Shown here piece after piece: positions 47,626 through 59,399 of a stretch of 62,411 bases of DNA; positions within the stretch are counted from its first letter, which is position 1, and every line of letters begins with the position of its first letter. The notes beneath the pieces are model-generated. The model searched no databases and was not told the DNA's origin. It saw nothing but the letters and a program-made list of their open reading frames with translations. The DNA is from a virus (taxonomy: Duplodnaviria; Caudoviricetes), in IMG/VR virus record IMGVR_UViG_3300037722_000432, positions 1 through 62,411 of that record; one strand, given 5' to 3'. The position numbers were made by a program, and so were the translations under genes.

Positions 47626-48309
47626 CTCTCAACGCCACCCCTCATGGTTGTAGGCACAACATAGATTTTCGCTACTGTCCATTCCCCGGTATCGGATGTA
47701 GGGTTGGGAAAATGGTAATCCACCCCTACCACGGTATGGAGACCCAAGCCATTAGATATGGTTTCACCTTCACGGGGGACCACAGGGGATTTATAGGTGC
47801 GGGTGCGATCCCAACCTTTCCCTCCTCTTACCATCTCGTAGATCCATAGCTCGACGTTCATACGATTGGACCCTCCCCATAAATCCGCTTGTCATCGACT
47901 TCAACCACGTACCCTTCACCCGTGGGGAGTTCGTAGTCTTCGGGGCAGAGATAGATACGTCCAATCTTCCCCCTCCCCCTACGCAACGCGGACACGTACA
48001 CACCTTCGGAATAGGGGATGAAGACCTCCTTATAGTAGAAGGTTTCATTGGAGCAACCATCTCGGCTACATTCGCGGGGTCCGTACTGGGTGAGGGGCAT
48101 AATCAGTTGTCCTCTATGGGAACTAGCTTGAACTTCTGCCCATCCTTTTGAGCGTTGGATACGTAATCCAGGGTGGGATTTCCTTCGATGGGCTTGACCT
48201 CAAAATTGAACCGAGTTGGCATACGGTGGGCTTTCCCGTCGTGGCCTGTGAACTCCTCAAACTCCCTGGACACGCTGGATATGGCGACGATGATTGTATT
48301 GGACTCCAT
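47622..48309 (-). CDS. Three small hypothetical genes (48103-48309, 47858-48100, 47622-47861)
   Basis: Coupled minus-strand ORFs. Confidence 0.5.
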
Positions 48310-48319
48310 GATTACTCCA

Positions 48320-48826
48320 TCACTCCGGGCAGTTGCTTAGAACCTGGGTGAAGGCTTCGACCGCGATATCCGGGTCTACGTCGAACTCCTCTTCGGAGAC
48401 ATCATTGGACAGCCCCTCTGCCTCCTATTGCCAATTCTCGTACAGATACCTTCTCTCGTCCAAGTCCTGCCACGCCTGGATCTCCGTATGCCCGAACCCT
48501 TGCTCAATGTTGTCCTGCTTCTCCTGGATGACATCGACTATCTCCTGGATGGAGTCAGCTAGATCTCGGGCTTGGTCCTCAAAGTCTTCGTAGCTCTCAA
48601 ATTCGGAAGGTAGCTCCTGGTCCGCGATATCCCACGCCAACCCCAGGATCTCGCTCGTGGTGAAGAACGACCTGGAGGGGGTGGGACATTCCATGCAGCG
48701 AACATGGTCGGATCGGTAGTTCATCCTCCAGCGCCGGTATTGGGAGCCGGTGGGGATCTCCTTCTGGCATGGCCCCATGCAGTTGAAAGGCTTGCGGGAT
48801 TTCTGGACGATGGTTAGACGGGCCAT
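48320..48826 (-). pseudogene. Zn-finger/acidic protein interrupted by an in-frame TAG (48425-48427): readthrough or nonsense allele
   Basis: After the TAG the frame continues for 34 acidic codons (EAEGLSNDVSEEEFDV...CPE) to a TGA 10 nt before the next start. Confidence 0.55.
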
Positions 48827-49268
48827 CAGAGGTTCCTCGGCTCCAAGATGACGACGTTGGTGATCTCGGGGACCACCACGATTCTCTTGCTCGGTCCCAT
48901 AGGGGCGTTAACCGCGCGGATTTCCAAGTGGCCTCGTCCATCGACGTTGAGAACCCACTTCACTTGGTCAGTTCGGATCTCAACGTCCCCGTAAGTATCC
49001 AAGGTGTGTTCCCAGGCGTCCTCGTTGTTCCGAGACTGGGCGATAACTGGATGAGCCATTAGAGCCAGTTCCTCATACCAACCACTCCATCTTCCTCGGT
49101 GGCATACTCCATGACTTCAGCACCCCAGAATTCGTCCCCGAGCCCTCGGATCACCTTCTCGATAGCAAGGGCGGGAGAAGTATCATCTCCGGCTCCAGCC
49201 AACTTCGCGGCCAAGGTTTCTACAACGTCGGCGTCCTCAATTCCGCTGACGATAATGTGGAAGTCCAT
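48826..49268 (-). CDS. Two small hypothetical genes (49059-49268, 48826-49059)
   Basis: Downstream of promoter TTGAGA-N17-TAAGGT (49357-49329). Confidence 0.55.
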
Positions 49269-49358
49269 AGCGTCTTACTCCTTTGGTCGGTGGGGGGGTA
49301 TATTCTCCCCCGTGTTCTTGAAGAGAGTACCTTACCACACTCTCCCCTGTATCTCAAA

Positions 49359-50054
49359 TCATTCGTTAGCGGACTCGGCTCTCCTCTTGGGCATCCGCTT
49401 GATGTTCCCCTGATCGACTTCCTTCAACCTTGCCTGGTACCCCTTCAGCAACCTCACATACTCGGCCCTGAACAACTCAGGTACAGAGGTAGCCTTCTCC
49501 AACCTCTGATTGATGTGTGTCTCCATCCACTCGTGATCCCCCCGATTCCAGGCTTCCTCAAGGTTCTCTCTAGTGGCAGCTATCAAAACCTCAGCGTCCT
49601 TCTTCAACTGCGCGATCTCGTCCTCGTCCGCTATGAGTATCGCCATCCCGAGTTCAGCTTTGAGTTCCCCATCATCCAACCATTCGCTCACCACATGGGC
49701 TCGGTGGAACATGGAATCCCGGTAGAAGTCCTGGGCTGATCGGTACTCCGGGATCTGACCACTGTTCACCACCCTGCCTATCTGACCGGCCAGGTTCTTG
49801 GGTATCCAAAGCCGTATCTGAATCGAGTGGCCTTTCTTGTCCTCTGAATAGGTGTAGAACTTCCTCTCGTCGTACCAGGAACTCTCCTCGTCGGTGTCCC
49901 AGGATGATCGGGCTACCTGGGTGGTGAAGAACTGTTGGAGGGCTCGGTTGACGATGGCGCTCATGCTCACCCCCTCGCGCTTGGAGGCAAGGATGACTTC
50001 ATCCCAGAGAGGGTCGGGGGTTGAGATCGAGCGGACTGATCGACTCGCTGACAT
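49359..50054 (-). CDS. Ribbon-helix-helix regulator (possibly two RHH-like units)
   Basis: RSIS.PD.LW......GVSMS.IV.RAL; second unit IRLWIP......YRS.QDF.RD. Confidence 0.65.
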   Translation of the reverse strand: MSASRSVRSISTPDPLWDEVILASKREGVSMSAIVNRALQQFFTTQVARSSWDTDEESSWYDERKFYTYSEDKKGHSIQIRLWIPKNLAGQIGRVVNSGQIPEYRSAQDFYRDSMFHRAHVVSEWLDDGELKAELGMAILIADEDEIAQLKKDAEVLIAATRENLEEAWNRGDHEWMETHINQRLEKATSVPELFRAEYVRLLKGYQARLKEVDQGNIKRMPKRRAESANE

Positions 50055-50492
50055 TGTGTGGTCTCCCAGAAAATCAGGTGGACATTCAACGCTAGCAGAT
50101 TGGGGGTGGGCGAGGAAGGATCACGGGGAAAGAGAATTGAGGGGGAAAGGACTATCCCTGACGATTAGGGAAGAACGTTCTTACCTGGATCTCACCCCTC
50201 TTTGGGAGATTCCTATTAAGACTCCCTATTAACCGACCCCTCGAAAGTTAATAGGTTTTCGGAATGTTATTAACTTTCCAGATTTTGGGACTATTAGCGC
50301 AATCTCGCTACCAGCACGTTCATAATTATATTGACACCTTGACAGCGCCTTATTAGGAATAGTGACGAAAAAAAGGGGGTGTGTCAACTATAAGAACTCT
50401 TCAGAAGAAGAAGGAAGTGGATTCTGACCGTCCCCCAGCCCGAGCCTGATTTGACCCTACCCTCCCATTCCTCTATTGTATTAGGGATCAAC

Positions 50493-51294
50493 ATGCCACG
50501 CACCCTCCAGTCTGAGATCGAGCTATTCAAGGGGTTAGACCTCCAGATGCAACACTGGCTTTCTACTCACGGATACCACCCATCTTTCAGCGACCTTGAT
50601 ACTTGTGAATTGACCCCCCATTTCGACAAGATGCGTTTTCTGGTTTGGAAGTGGATTATAGCCGTTGTAGCTCTAGGAGAAGACGATGGGGTTACCAACG
50701 CGCAACTAACCGAGGTCATAAGCAGAAGGACAGGGGTAGGTACATACAAGCGTCTCTTTACCTATCTCCCGTATGAGATGGCTATGGTAGGGGTCATCCG
50801 AACTTGGAAGGAGCGCCGACCAAACAAGGCCGGGGTAAATCAACTACAAAGGATATGGGGGAGAATATGAAGATCACGCCCAACCCAGGAGTTACCCCAA
50901 GTCCAAACCCCAATACTCGGCGTCCTCACTTCACCAGAATTACAGTGAACGCCGATAGCGATGCAGTCCAAGCCTCATGCCTGTGCGGGTGGGGGTACAG
51001 TCCTCCTGCTGATATGACCAAGACATACAAGATCTCCTTGACCATAGCTCATGTCAGGGCACATAAGAAGCTCACTCGGGAGATTCAAGACGTGATGACA
51101 ACCCTATGAGATGGTGGGACTCCCCAAACCCCAAGTGTGGATGCGTGTGCGACCTGACCCTAGAGACGGCGGTTATCTCAATGGTGCGAGGGTGTCCACC
51201 GAGAAGGAAGAGAGCCAAGATGGTCTGGCATTACCGGAAGTCGGACCAAGCTCGATTCTGGCATTGGTCCGATCAGACAGTCGTGAGGATATGA
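50493..51294 (+). CDS. Three hypothetical genes (50493-50870 wHTH-like, 50867-51109, 51106-51294)
   Basis: Downstream of promoter TTGACC-N17-TATTGT (50451-50479); ATGA overlaps. Confidence 0.5.
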
Positions 51295-51363
51295 GATCCG
51301 GCCCCATCAGCACCCTACGAGATCCAGAGAGGCCGCGCGTAATGCCTCTCCCTCTCAGAACCC

Positions 51364-51606
51364 CTATCTGACGGCCCTCTCAGCCGAAACTTCCTTGTAA
51401 GCCGCATACCACCGCTTCACGTCTCTCCAGAGGAAGACGGGGCTCCTACCCACCCAACGGATCGGATTGGGGAGGGAGATCGCTATGGAATCGGCCTTGG
51501 TGCGCTTCCACCAATCGTATGGGGTCAGCGAGGCGATAGGGGTGTTGAATTCTTCGGACAGCCTCTCAGCCATCTCACTGAGGATAACTGTCGTGTCTTC
51601 TCTCAT
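51364..51606 (-). CDS. AlpA/excisionase-like DNA-binding protein
   Basis: LP.P....G..PVF.W..V..W motif; leaderless TATCAT-N6-ATG. Confidence 0.65.
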   Translation of the reverse strand: MREDTTVILSEMAERLSEEFNTPIASLTPYDWWKRTKADSIAISLPNPIRWVGRSPVFLWRDVKRWYAAYKEVSAERAVR

Positions 51607-51972
51607 AAGGGGATGATAGCCCCTAACCGATTGGATGTCAGGGAAGGGATCGAGGGGAGGGACAAAGGACAGAGGACACCGCGCGACGGGACCCCCGAAC
51701 CATTCCCACGGAGTCAAGAAGAAGTGTTGGGATCGGTGGGCTCCCCGGACGCTATGAACAGGGAGCCCACCTGTCCCGTCGCGAGTGGGACCATAACAGA
51801 TCAACCCCGGACCGCGCCCTCGACCGCGTATGGGAACCCCCTCCCGCGCGTAACCCCCCTCCGCGCGGACTTCCCCTACGTTTCCCTGGGGGGAGGGCAG
51901 GGCGGGGACCCAATGATCCGGCAGGGGGTCTGGGGAGACGTAACCGGATCGGGGGACCCTCCCCCCAAGATC

Positions 51973-52278
51973 TCAGACTAGAACGGGCTCCTTCTCCATG
52001 TGGGTGAGGAGAGCGGCTACCAGATGCTTGCAGGTTGAGTGGGTGTTGAGGTACCACAGGCAGGAACACTCGTAGGTGGACAGGTCAACAACATAGAGAG
52101 TTGCGCCGGTCTCCCCTTGATCCCCTGAGACGTTGAACCGCCACGGGTAGAGAGAGTTCTGATGGACGCGACCTTTCTTCACCAACTCCACTCCCCGAGC
52201 GACCACCCTCTCGTTGACGGATTCCCCTTGGAGAGTGTTCAGGTCGATGACCCTTGGAGGTTGGTTCTGGTAGGTCAT
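51973..52278 (-). CDS. SWIM zinc-finger protein
   Basis: Y.V.L....CSC.......CKH..A motif. Confidence 0.8.
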   Translation of the reverse strand: MTYQNQPPRVIDLNTLQGESVNERVVARGVELVKKGRVHQNSLYPWRFNVSGDQGETGATLYVVDLSTYECSCLWYLNTHSTCKHLVAALLTHMEKEPVLV

Positions 52279-52674
52279 TTTTTTGGTCCCCTTAGTGATC
52301 TTGGTGGTGGACAGTCCTTTGACCCTGGCTGTTGATATGGGATTTTCCCCCGCGTTTTTCCCCATTTTTGGCCGGATTTTCCCCGGATTTTGGCCCGTAT
52401 TTGGGAGGGTCTTTGGGGCGGTCATGGGGGCACCATAGCAGGTCGATCCCTACTTGTCTAGGGGGAGGGTCGGAGGTAGGTTCGGGAGGAAGGGTAGGGG
52501 TCGTTGGAGGGTAGGTTGAGGTAGGTTGTGAATCAGGGTACAAGGTAGGTTAGAAAAATAGGTTAGAAGATATGGGGAAATTCCCTGAAATGACTTGTGT
52601 TGGGGATTGGGTTGTGGTACGGTGTGGGCTCACTCGCGGGGAAGGACCCCGAGACGCTACCCAAGGGAGACGCT

Positions 52675-55600
52675 ATGACCCACCGCGACCGACTCCGATG
52701 GCTACTCACTGTCCTACGAATGAGAGGGACCACGATGACCACAACCATGACCACAACTAACCCGACTCCCACGGAGGACGATCCAACCCCAACCTTCCGG
52801 CTCACCATCCACCACGATGACTACCCTCACGACGCGCCAGGGTCGGAAGACGATTTTTGGACCTTCCATTCCTTCAATAGCTCCCACACGTCATTCACCG
52901 ATCCAGATACCGCGCTCTCGTGTGTCCATTGTGGGGGGAAGCGTGACGAGTACAACCACACCGATGTCCCCCAAGAAAACAATGGGGACTTTCTCTACGC
53001 GGATTGGGCGGAGGAATACCGGAGAGACAACCCAGAAGACCTACACGAGTACAAGGGTCCAGAGGGTTTCCCACTGTCCTATTTCGAGCATGGGAATTGC
53101 CGATGGGGGTTGGAAGGGTCAATGTCCAGTACCCCAGACTTTCGATGGGATGGGGTTAGGTTCGCGGGGTTTCTAGAGGTATCTCCCGACGCGGACGGAG
53201 CAGGCAACCGCGAATGGTGGGATGGGATGACCCAACCCGAACGCGAGAAGGTAGCGGAGTCATTCCTAGAGGAATACACCGCGTGGTGCAATGGAGAGAT
53301 ATACGGGTACGTCCTAGAGGAATTGAGCCCAGAGGTTTGCAACCTTGGATTCACCCACGAACACGCGCCTACCAATGAGGATTCGTGTTGGGGATTCATC
53401 GGGTTTGACTATTTCCAGGAGGAAGTGCGCGCGGCTACAACCGCTATGGGCGCAACGGAGGACAACACGGAGGTAGTAGACAAGGCTTACGGAATGGCGG
53501 ATTATGGGAGTTTTTTCGCCAAGGTTGAGGCAAAGGAAGGGACCACCAAATGAAGCTACACAAAGACGTAGACCCCCAGAGCGATTGTGGTGGGCAGGTT
53601 GCATCGGGGAGAGAGCTATTCAACACGGACTATTGGTGTGTCTATTGTGGGGCTAAATGGTCCGATCAATCAACCGATGACTCCTACAACATTGAGGTAG
53701 GTGACCGCGTATCAATCCCCAACCCAGACGGGGAAGGTAAGTCCATGATCGAGCAAACCCTGGAAGCTACCGTAGTCTCAGTCAATGGGGCTCACTTCCA
53801 GGTTGAGCTAGACGATGGGACCAACCTAGGGATTGATTGGGTAGTGGACGATGGAGTTACCCTGATCGAAAGGAAACCGACTCCCCCAACCATCGTATCC
53901 ATCCTCATAGCCGGGAGACGATGGTTCCAGAAGCTCTACGGGAACACCTACCACACAACGGAGGTATTCGTCAATGGGGAGAAGGTAGGGGACACTCCCA
54001 AGGCTTACGGATATGGAGAGCAGTACGTCCAGTCTGGGGTTGAGCTACTACAGTCTCTAGGGTATCTCCCAACCGGAGACCTGTTTCCCTATTGGAGACG
54101 GATTAGAGAGGACCTAGGGATAACCTTCGCTACCACGGTATCGGACGTATCCCGCGAGAGAGACCTTTGACGAGCCAATGGGCCGACCGTTTCCTAGTAG
54201 CCATATGGGTAGGGAGTTTGATAGGATTTGTGATCCCTTGGACCCTAGCATTGTGGAGGACATTGAAACGGTACTGGCTAAGGGAAATGAATAGACACGA
54301 ACACGACAAGGATGGAGAGTAGACGCTATGACCACCAGAGACGCACACAACGACGGTAGCCGATTCTGGGTAGTTGACTCCCACGAGTACGGGGTGTCCC
54401 AACCTCATGGATTCGTCCCCGATGAATATGTCGGGTTGGTAGACGAAAACCAGGGAGGGATTGTAGCCTTTGGGTCTCGTGCAAACATTGAGAGGCTAGA
54501 GGACTTACTCAACCGACTAGAGCCCACAACTACCAACCGGAGTATCTACCGTCCCCAACCAACCTTCCGAGACGCTATCCGGTTTGCTAGAGGGTTGATC
54601 GACGGACCCCTAGACAACAACTCGGAGTACGCGCGGGGGATAGTTGAGCTAATCGTGGATACGTTCGCGGTGGAGGAAGGGATGGAGGGAGGAAGGGAAT
54701 TCGTGGAAGGATTGATTGGTGGGAAGACCATGCCACGACACCTACCGATCATAGAGGTTTACCCCAAGGTACTAGCAACGGAGGAAGTTCTGTAATGGGT
54801 AGCTCATTCAATCTCTGGCACAACCGACTCACAACCCAAGACACACTCACCCGCGGACAGATACGCCAATTTTGTAACGCGATAGCCGCGGGCTCATATG
54901 GGTTTGAGATTGGAGGGAACAAGACCAACCTAACCCCCAATGAGTGTGCCATCCTCATGGACGTATTCAACGCGAGAACATCGGGATACAAGCTCACCCC
55001 CGAACACACTAGGTTCGGTATCGAATGGTTGAGGAAGGACCCCAACCGCGCATTGAGCCTAGGGATAACTCAACCCATGTTGGATACCTTCCAGGGATTC
55101 AGGTTTGTGGACGTTAGGATCGAGGACGTGGGTACTTGGGCGTCTAGGGCAATAATCCTCCCCGAGTACCGCGTACTGTCCCCACACGGGAACGTGGACT
55201 ACTCATGGAGTCCGTGGACACAATCGGCCTACGCGTAATGACCCTCCCCCGCGTGCAACCCCTCCCGCGCGCGCAAACTCCCCTAGAAAGGACCACACAC
55301 AATGGACGCGAATGAGATAACCCTCCCCGACGAGACGCTAGAGCCCGGTTGCTATGTAGCAAGTGGAACTGGACAATTCGGATCGGCCGCGGTCATATCC
55401 CTAGCCGACGATTACGGATTCAAAGGCTCAACCGATGACGACGCGAGACTGATCGGGTTTGCGATCCACGCGGACAACAATTGGGATTGGCCTAGCGAAA
55501 TGACGGAGGACGAACACGAGTTTCTGATCGAGCTAGCCGACGAAGCGGAGAGCTACCTCAACGAGAAGGTAGCGCCAGAGGGTTTGGTCTTCGGTTGGTA

Positions 55601-55697
55601 TGACGGGGAGTTTTTCCTCTCCCGTGAATGTCCCGATCCTGATAGCTGCACCATCCCCGAGCACGAGCTAGACGGTTGGACTTGCTCGATGACGTAA
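52675..55697 (+). CDS. Operon of hypothetical early-type genes (52675-53553, 53550-54170, 54328-54795, 54795-55238, 55302-55697)
   Basis: Coupled ORFs with RBS; the first has Y..W..GE.YGY...DSCWGF.G, a motif common in phage and mobile-element proteins. Confidence 0.6.
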
Positions 55698-55702
55698 ACC
55701 TT

Positions 55703-55752
55703 CCAAGGGTCACAACTAGGGTTATTAGCGTCTCCCTTGGTTGTGGCCCTTG
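55703..55752 (+). terminator. Long hairpin ending the plus-strand operon
   Basis: CCAAGGGTCACAACTAGGG / CCCTTGGTTGTGGCCCTTGG. Confidence 0.6.
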
Positions 55753-56072
55753 GGCCGCGCTTGGGGGTGAATTTTCCCCCACACTTTCCCCCACACTTTG
55801 GAGGGTACTTGGTGGGGGTCCTTCGGGTGTCCCCTACTCTCCCCCACCCTTGGCCTAAGCCCGCGTGGGCTCACCCTACCCTCTCCCCAGGTAGGGAAAC
55901 CCAATAGCCTAGGGTCGATTCATACCCTCTACTTTCCCCTAGTTGGTTGGTAGGGTTTTGCCGCGAGAGGATAGCCGCGACTCCCATTACAGACTCACGA
56001 CCATCCTACCCAGACATAAGTAAAGCCCTACCGTTAGACGATAGGGCTTAGGCTTAGGCTTTAGCTTAGGAT

Positions 56073-57074
56073 CGGAAACTTGATACCTAGCACCGCGACT
56101 CCCATCGTTTGGTTGTCGGTTGTCGTCGGTTGGTTGATTCGTTTGCTTATGAGTCGATCAGCATGGACGCGGGGAGTTGTATCCAATGTCTACCGTTGTG
56201 ACGTTCGCATTTCTCGCCATCATCGGATCGGAACCGCGCGACCACGATATTACTATCCTGATCGGCGCAACTCTCCCCATTCGAGTCCCCAGCGAATCCA
56301 GGTAGGACCACTCCGCAATTCGCGCAATAGTCCGTATGCTCTAACTCGTGGCATCCGCTCCAACCTTGGTAGGTGAGCTCTACCCTTACGCAGTAGGTCC
56401 GATTACATGAATCGGTGCACACGTTCACAATGTCGATCAATTCCCCATTGGCGTCGTCTATTTGAATCTCGTGACTCATAGCTCCACCGATCCTATCGAC
56501 CCTAGGACCGACTCCAACCGCGATTTGAATTCCGCGTCCGGGAGTCGATCCTTGTGGTTCCCGTTGTCCAGGTAGTTGAGATGCTTCCCCGTAGTTGGTC
56601 CCCAATAGTTGATCGACACTACCCATCCAGTAGTCCACGTACAAAACGCGATTACCGTCTCATAGCTGAACGCTAGAGTTATCTCTCCAACGTAGACGAT
56701 GGCGAAATTCGGTCGGTCGGTCGGGTGATTGATTCGGACTCTCATATGGCGATCCCAAAGAAGTCCGCTAGGTCGCGGGTGTCTGGGTGGATAAGGTCGT
56801 TATCCAATTCCAGACTTGTCCATGCCGCGGTTAGGTCCTCTGTTCTCTCGAAGTCCGCGCGGCCTACAAAGCCTTGCGTATCCTCTATGACGATTGAACC
56901 GCCACCGACATCGGTAGCGCGATACAACCCATACCAACTAAAGCCATCCAAAGACTGCCCTAGTGAGTCATCGGGCTCAGTCGCGTACAATGCCGCGGTT
57001 GCCTGACTGTCATATTTACCCTGCATAGCGTCTCTCCATTCTGAGGTTACGCGGTGCTAGGTATCAAGTTTCCG
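56073..57074. repeat. Perfect 25-bp inverted repeat (56073-56097 / 57050-57074) flanking three genes
   Basis: CGGAAACTTGATACCTAGCACCGCG and its exact reverse complement. Confidence 0.92.
56147..57026 (-). CDS. Three small genes inside the inverted repeat (56742-57026, 56476-56745, 56147-56479)
   Basis: ATGA-coupled; the middle gene has an FSY.T.IA......WGPTTGKHLN motif. Confidence 0.65.
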
Positions 57075-57154
57075 TTATTCGGTTGTCAAAGCGGACGGTA
57101 GGTCCGTTTCCTAGGTCCCCTAGGTGTTAGGTAGGGGACTAAGGAAACGCGCCA

Positions 57155-57451
57155 CTAGCGGAGTCTGGGAGGGCTTAGGTTGGTTGTGGTCGTTGTGTAG
57201 GGGAGTAGACGCGGCCCTATGGGAGTCGGGAGAGTCGGTTTGTGATCCCTAGGGTGTCCGGTTTGGTTGCACCATTGCTCTACCGTCTCCCACTCCCAAA
57301 GCCGGACGCGTCCACTAGCCGCGATAGGCGTCGGGAAATTGGGATAGCGATTTTGCCAATTGGATACCGCGGAAGGTAGGACACCTAGACGCGCGGCAAT
57401 GTCGGACGCGCTAACGATTCTGGGTAGGTCGGTTGCTAGGTCCCTATCCAT
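57155..57451 (-). CDS. AlpA-like HTH DNA-binding protein
   Basis: S..DIA.RLGV..SAVSNW..RY..FP.P......LW....V..W motif. Confidence 0.8.
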   Translation of the reverse strand: MDRDLATDLPRIVSASDIAARLGVLPSAVSNWQNRYPNFPTPIAASGRVRLWEWETVEQWCNQTGHPRDHKPTLPTPIGPRLLPYTTTTTNLSPPRLR

Positions 57452-59293
57452 AAGCGTGACACCCTATCTGTCCACAACCGGAACAGTACGCGTCATCGGG
57501 AATGGGTGTTATGTCTTCGGATTCGGTTGGGTACTCTCTATCGTCCCCAACCATAACCATGATGACTCTCCCGGTTGGATTCTCGATCCCTGTCCATATG
57601 GTGTCCGCGTCGGGTTTGGTCTCCGCTTTGTAAGCGTAGAACGCGACACCAGACATACCGCGGACGGTAAAGCGTTGGTCTCTATCCGCGAGAATGTCGG
57701 CAATGGTCATCGGTTGGTCGGTTGGTTGGTTGCTCAAGGTCGGAAACCGTTGGTAGGTAGGTTGTCCGCGGGTACGCAACCAACAACGTTGTTGGTGTCT
57801 AGGTCCCCATATGGGTCGTGAATGACTAGGACGATAACCTCGTCCTCCCAACAAACTGGAGCGCTAGCTATCAGGTTGTTGAAATTGTCATACGCGGGAG
57901 TAGGCGCGGGAGAGAGCCCGAGAGCTATCAGGATCGCGGCTATCCAATTCAATAGGTCGATCATTGGCAGAATCCTTTGTGGTCGTGGTGGTGGAACGTA
58001 TGCCATTGCAAACGCGGGTTTCTCAGCCCTAGAGCAAAGTGTCGCGCGAGTCGGGAGACGCGGCGCGGGAATAGGGCTAGGTCTCGTGTTAGTCGAGCTA
58101 TCAGTCCATCCATAACGAAACCTCCATATCGTCATTGACTCCGAATAGAGCACGGTGGCCGCGGTCGTTGTATTGAACGTCGATTGTGACCGCGGCGTAA
58201 TCGACCGCGCCACAATCGCACCACGGACGATGACTCATTGAGCAGTCCGCGGTATGGGTCTTTGGTAGCTGACTGTTCCCGATGTCGGAAGCGCGGACAA
58301 TCTCCCATTGGTCGAGAGACGTTCCGTACTCGGAGAGTAGGTCCGATAGTTGGGTTAGGACTTCCGCGGGGATCATCGTCCGCCATCCTGTCCTAGCTCG
58401 ATCGCGGCAATGTCGGTAACCCATAGGTGCGCGTTACAACCTATGGAGCAATGGCAGATAACTAGCGTCATCGGCTTAGTCCCGCGGTCGTGGTCGTGGT
58501 CACGACGCGTTCAGTCATCTCAGTCTCGCGGTCGTAGATTGTCGCGGTCTTCAATTCGGGCGCGGTCCTCGCCGCGAGTCTTCGTATGAAGCTATGCGCG
58601 GCGATGCGATCCCGGAAAGTCGCGGTTTCCCGCGAGCCGTCCGCGTAGATGGCGAAGACCTTGTATCGGGTTGTGGTGTTGGTGGTGGTCATCGGTCCTC
58701 TCCTTTGGTCGTGGCTTTGGCTTTACACCTAGGACAGGTCGCGGCGCGGACAGTGTTCCAGAATCGTCTAGGGCTCAGTCCGCACAGGGTGCTTCGATAG
58801 GCACCATTCTGGTGAAACCCTCGCGGTGTAGTGATTACGTGGACCACGTCGCGATTGTGTGGAGCGTAAACCGTGGTCGTGGTCTTCATTCAGTTTGCCT
58901 CTCCGGTGTCGGTTGCTTCGTCTACTAGGTCGATCAAGTCCTCTCGCGAGTAATCGCCTAGCTCGATCAGCACGCGCATAAGCTCCTTTATCTCTAGGCG
59001 CACGTCTGCCTCATTCATAGCGTCTCTCCCGTGTCGGTTTCAAACATCGACTCGTGCAATGGTGCTACGTAGTCACCGAACGCCACGACGTACCATCCGT
59101 CCTCGGTCGTGTGGTCGCGTCCTTGGATGGTCCCGGAGTCTCCCGCGGTCACTGTCATATCAGAATCAAACCACACGCGGGATAGAATTCGTCCGTCTCT
59201 CGCGTCCCAACACTCGCGGTCGAACACTCCTAGCGGACCTTCCGTGGTGATGGTTACGCGGGTCCCGCGTTCTAGGTCGTGGGTGGTTCCCAT
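57444..59293 (-). CDS. Leftward operon of small hypothetical genes (59015-59293, 58890-59018, 58689-58889, 58468-58692, 58101-58376, 57734-57964, 57444-57710)
   Basis: Coupled short ORFs with GGAG/GAGG RBS; possible promoter TTGAGC-N16-TAGCTT at 59374-59347. Confidence 0.55.
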
Positions 59294-59399
59294 ATCCTTC
59301 CCTCTCTGTAGCGTCTCTGGTAGGTGGTCCCTACCTTGTCCCGATCAAGCTAGCACCATTGCGCGCGGGCTCAAAGTCATTCCCACGCGTGCCATTCTC

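Noticed and set aside
56044-56070. GGCTTA tandem repeat as a telomere-like or CRISPR element
   Set aside because: Only about four degenerate units next to a hairpin, with no spacers.
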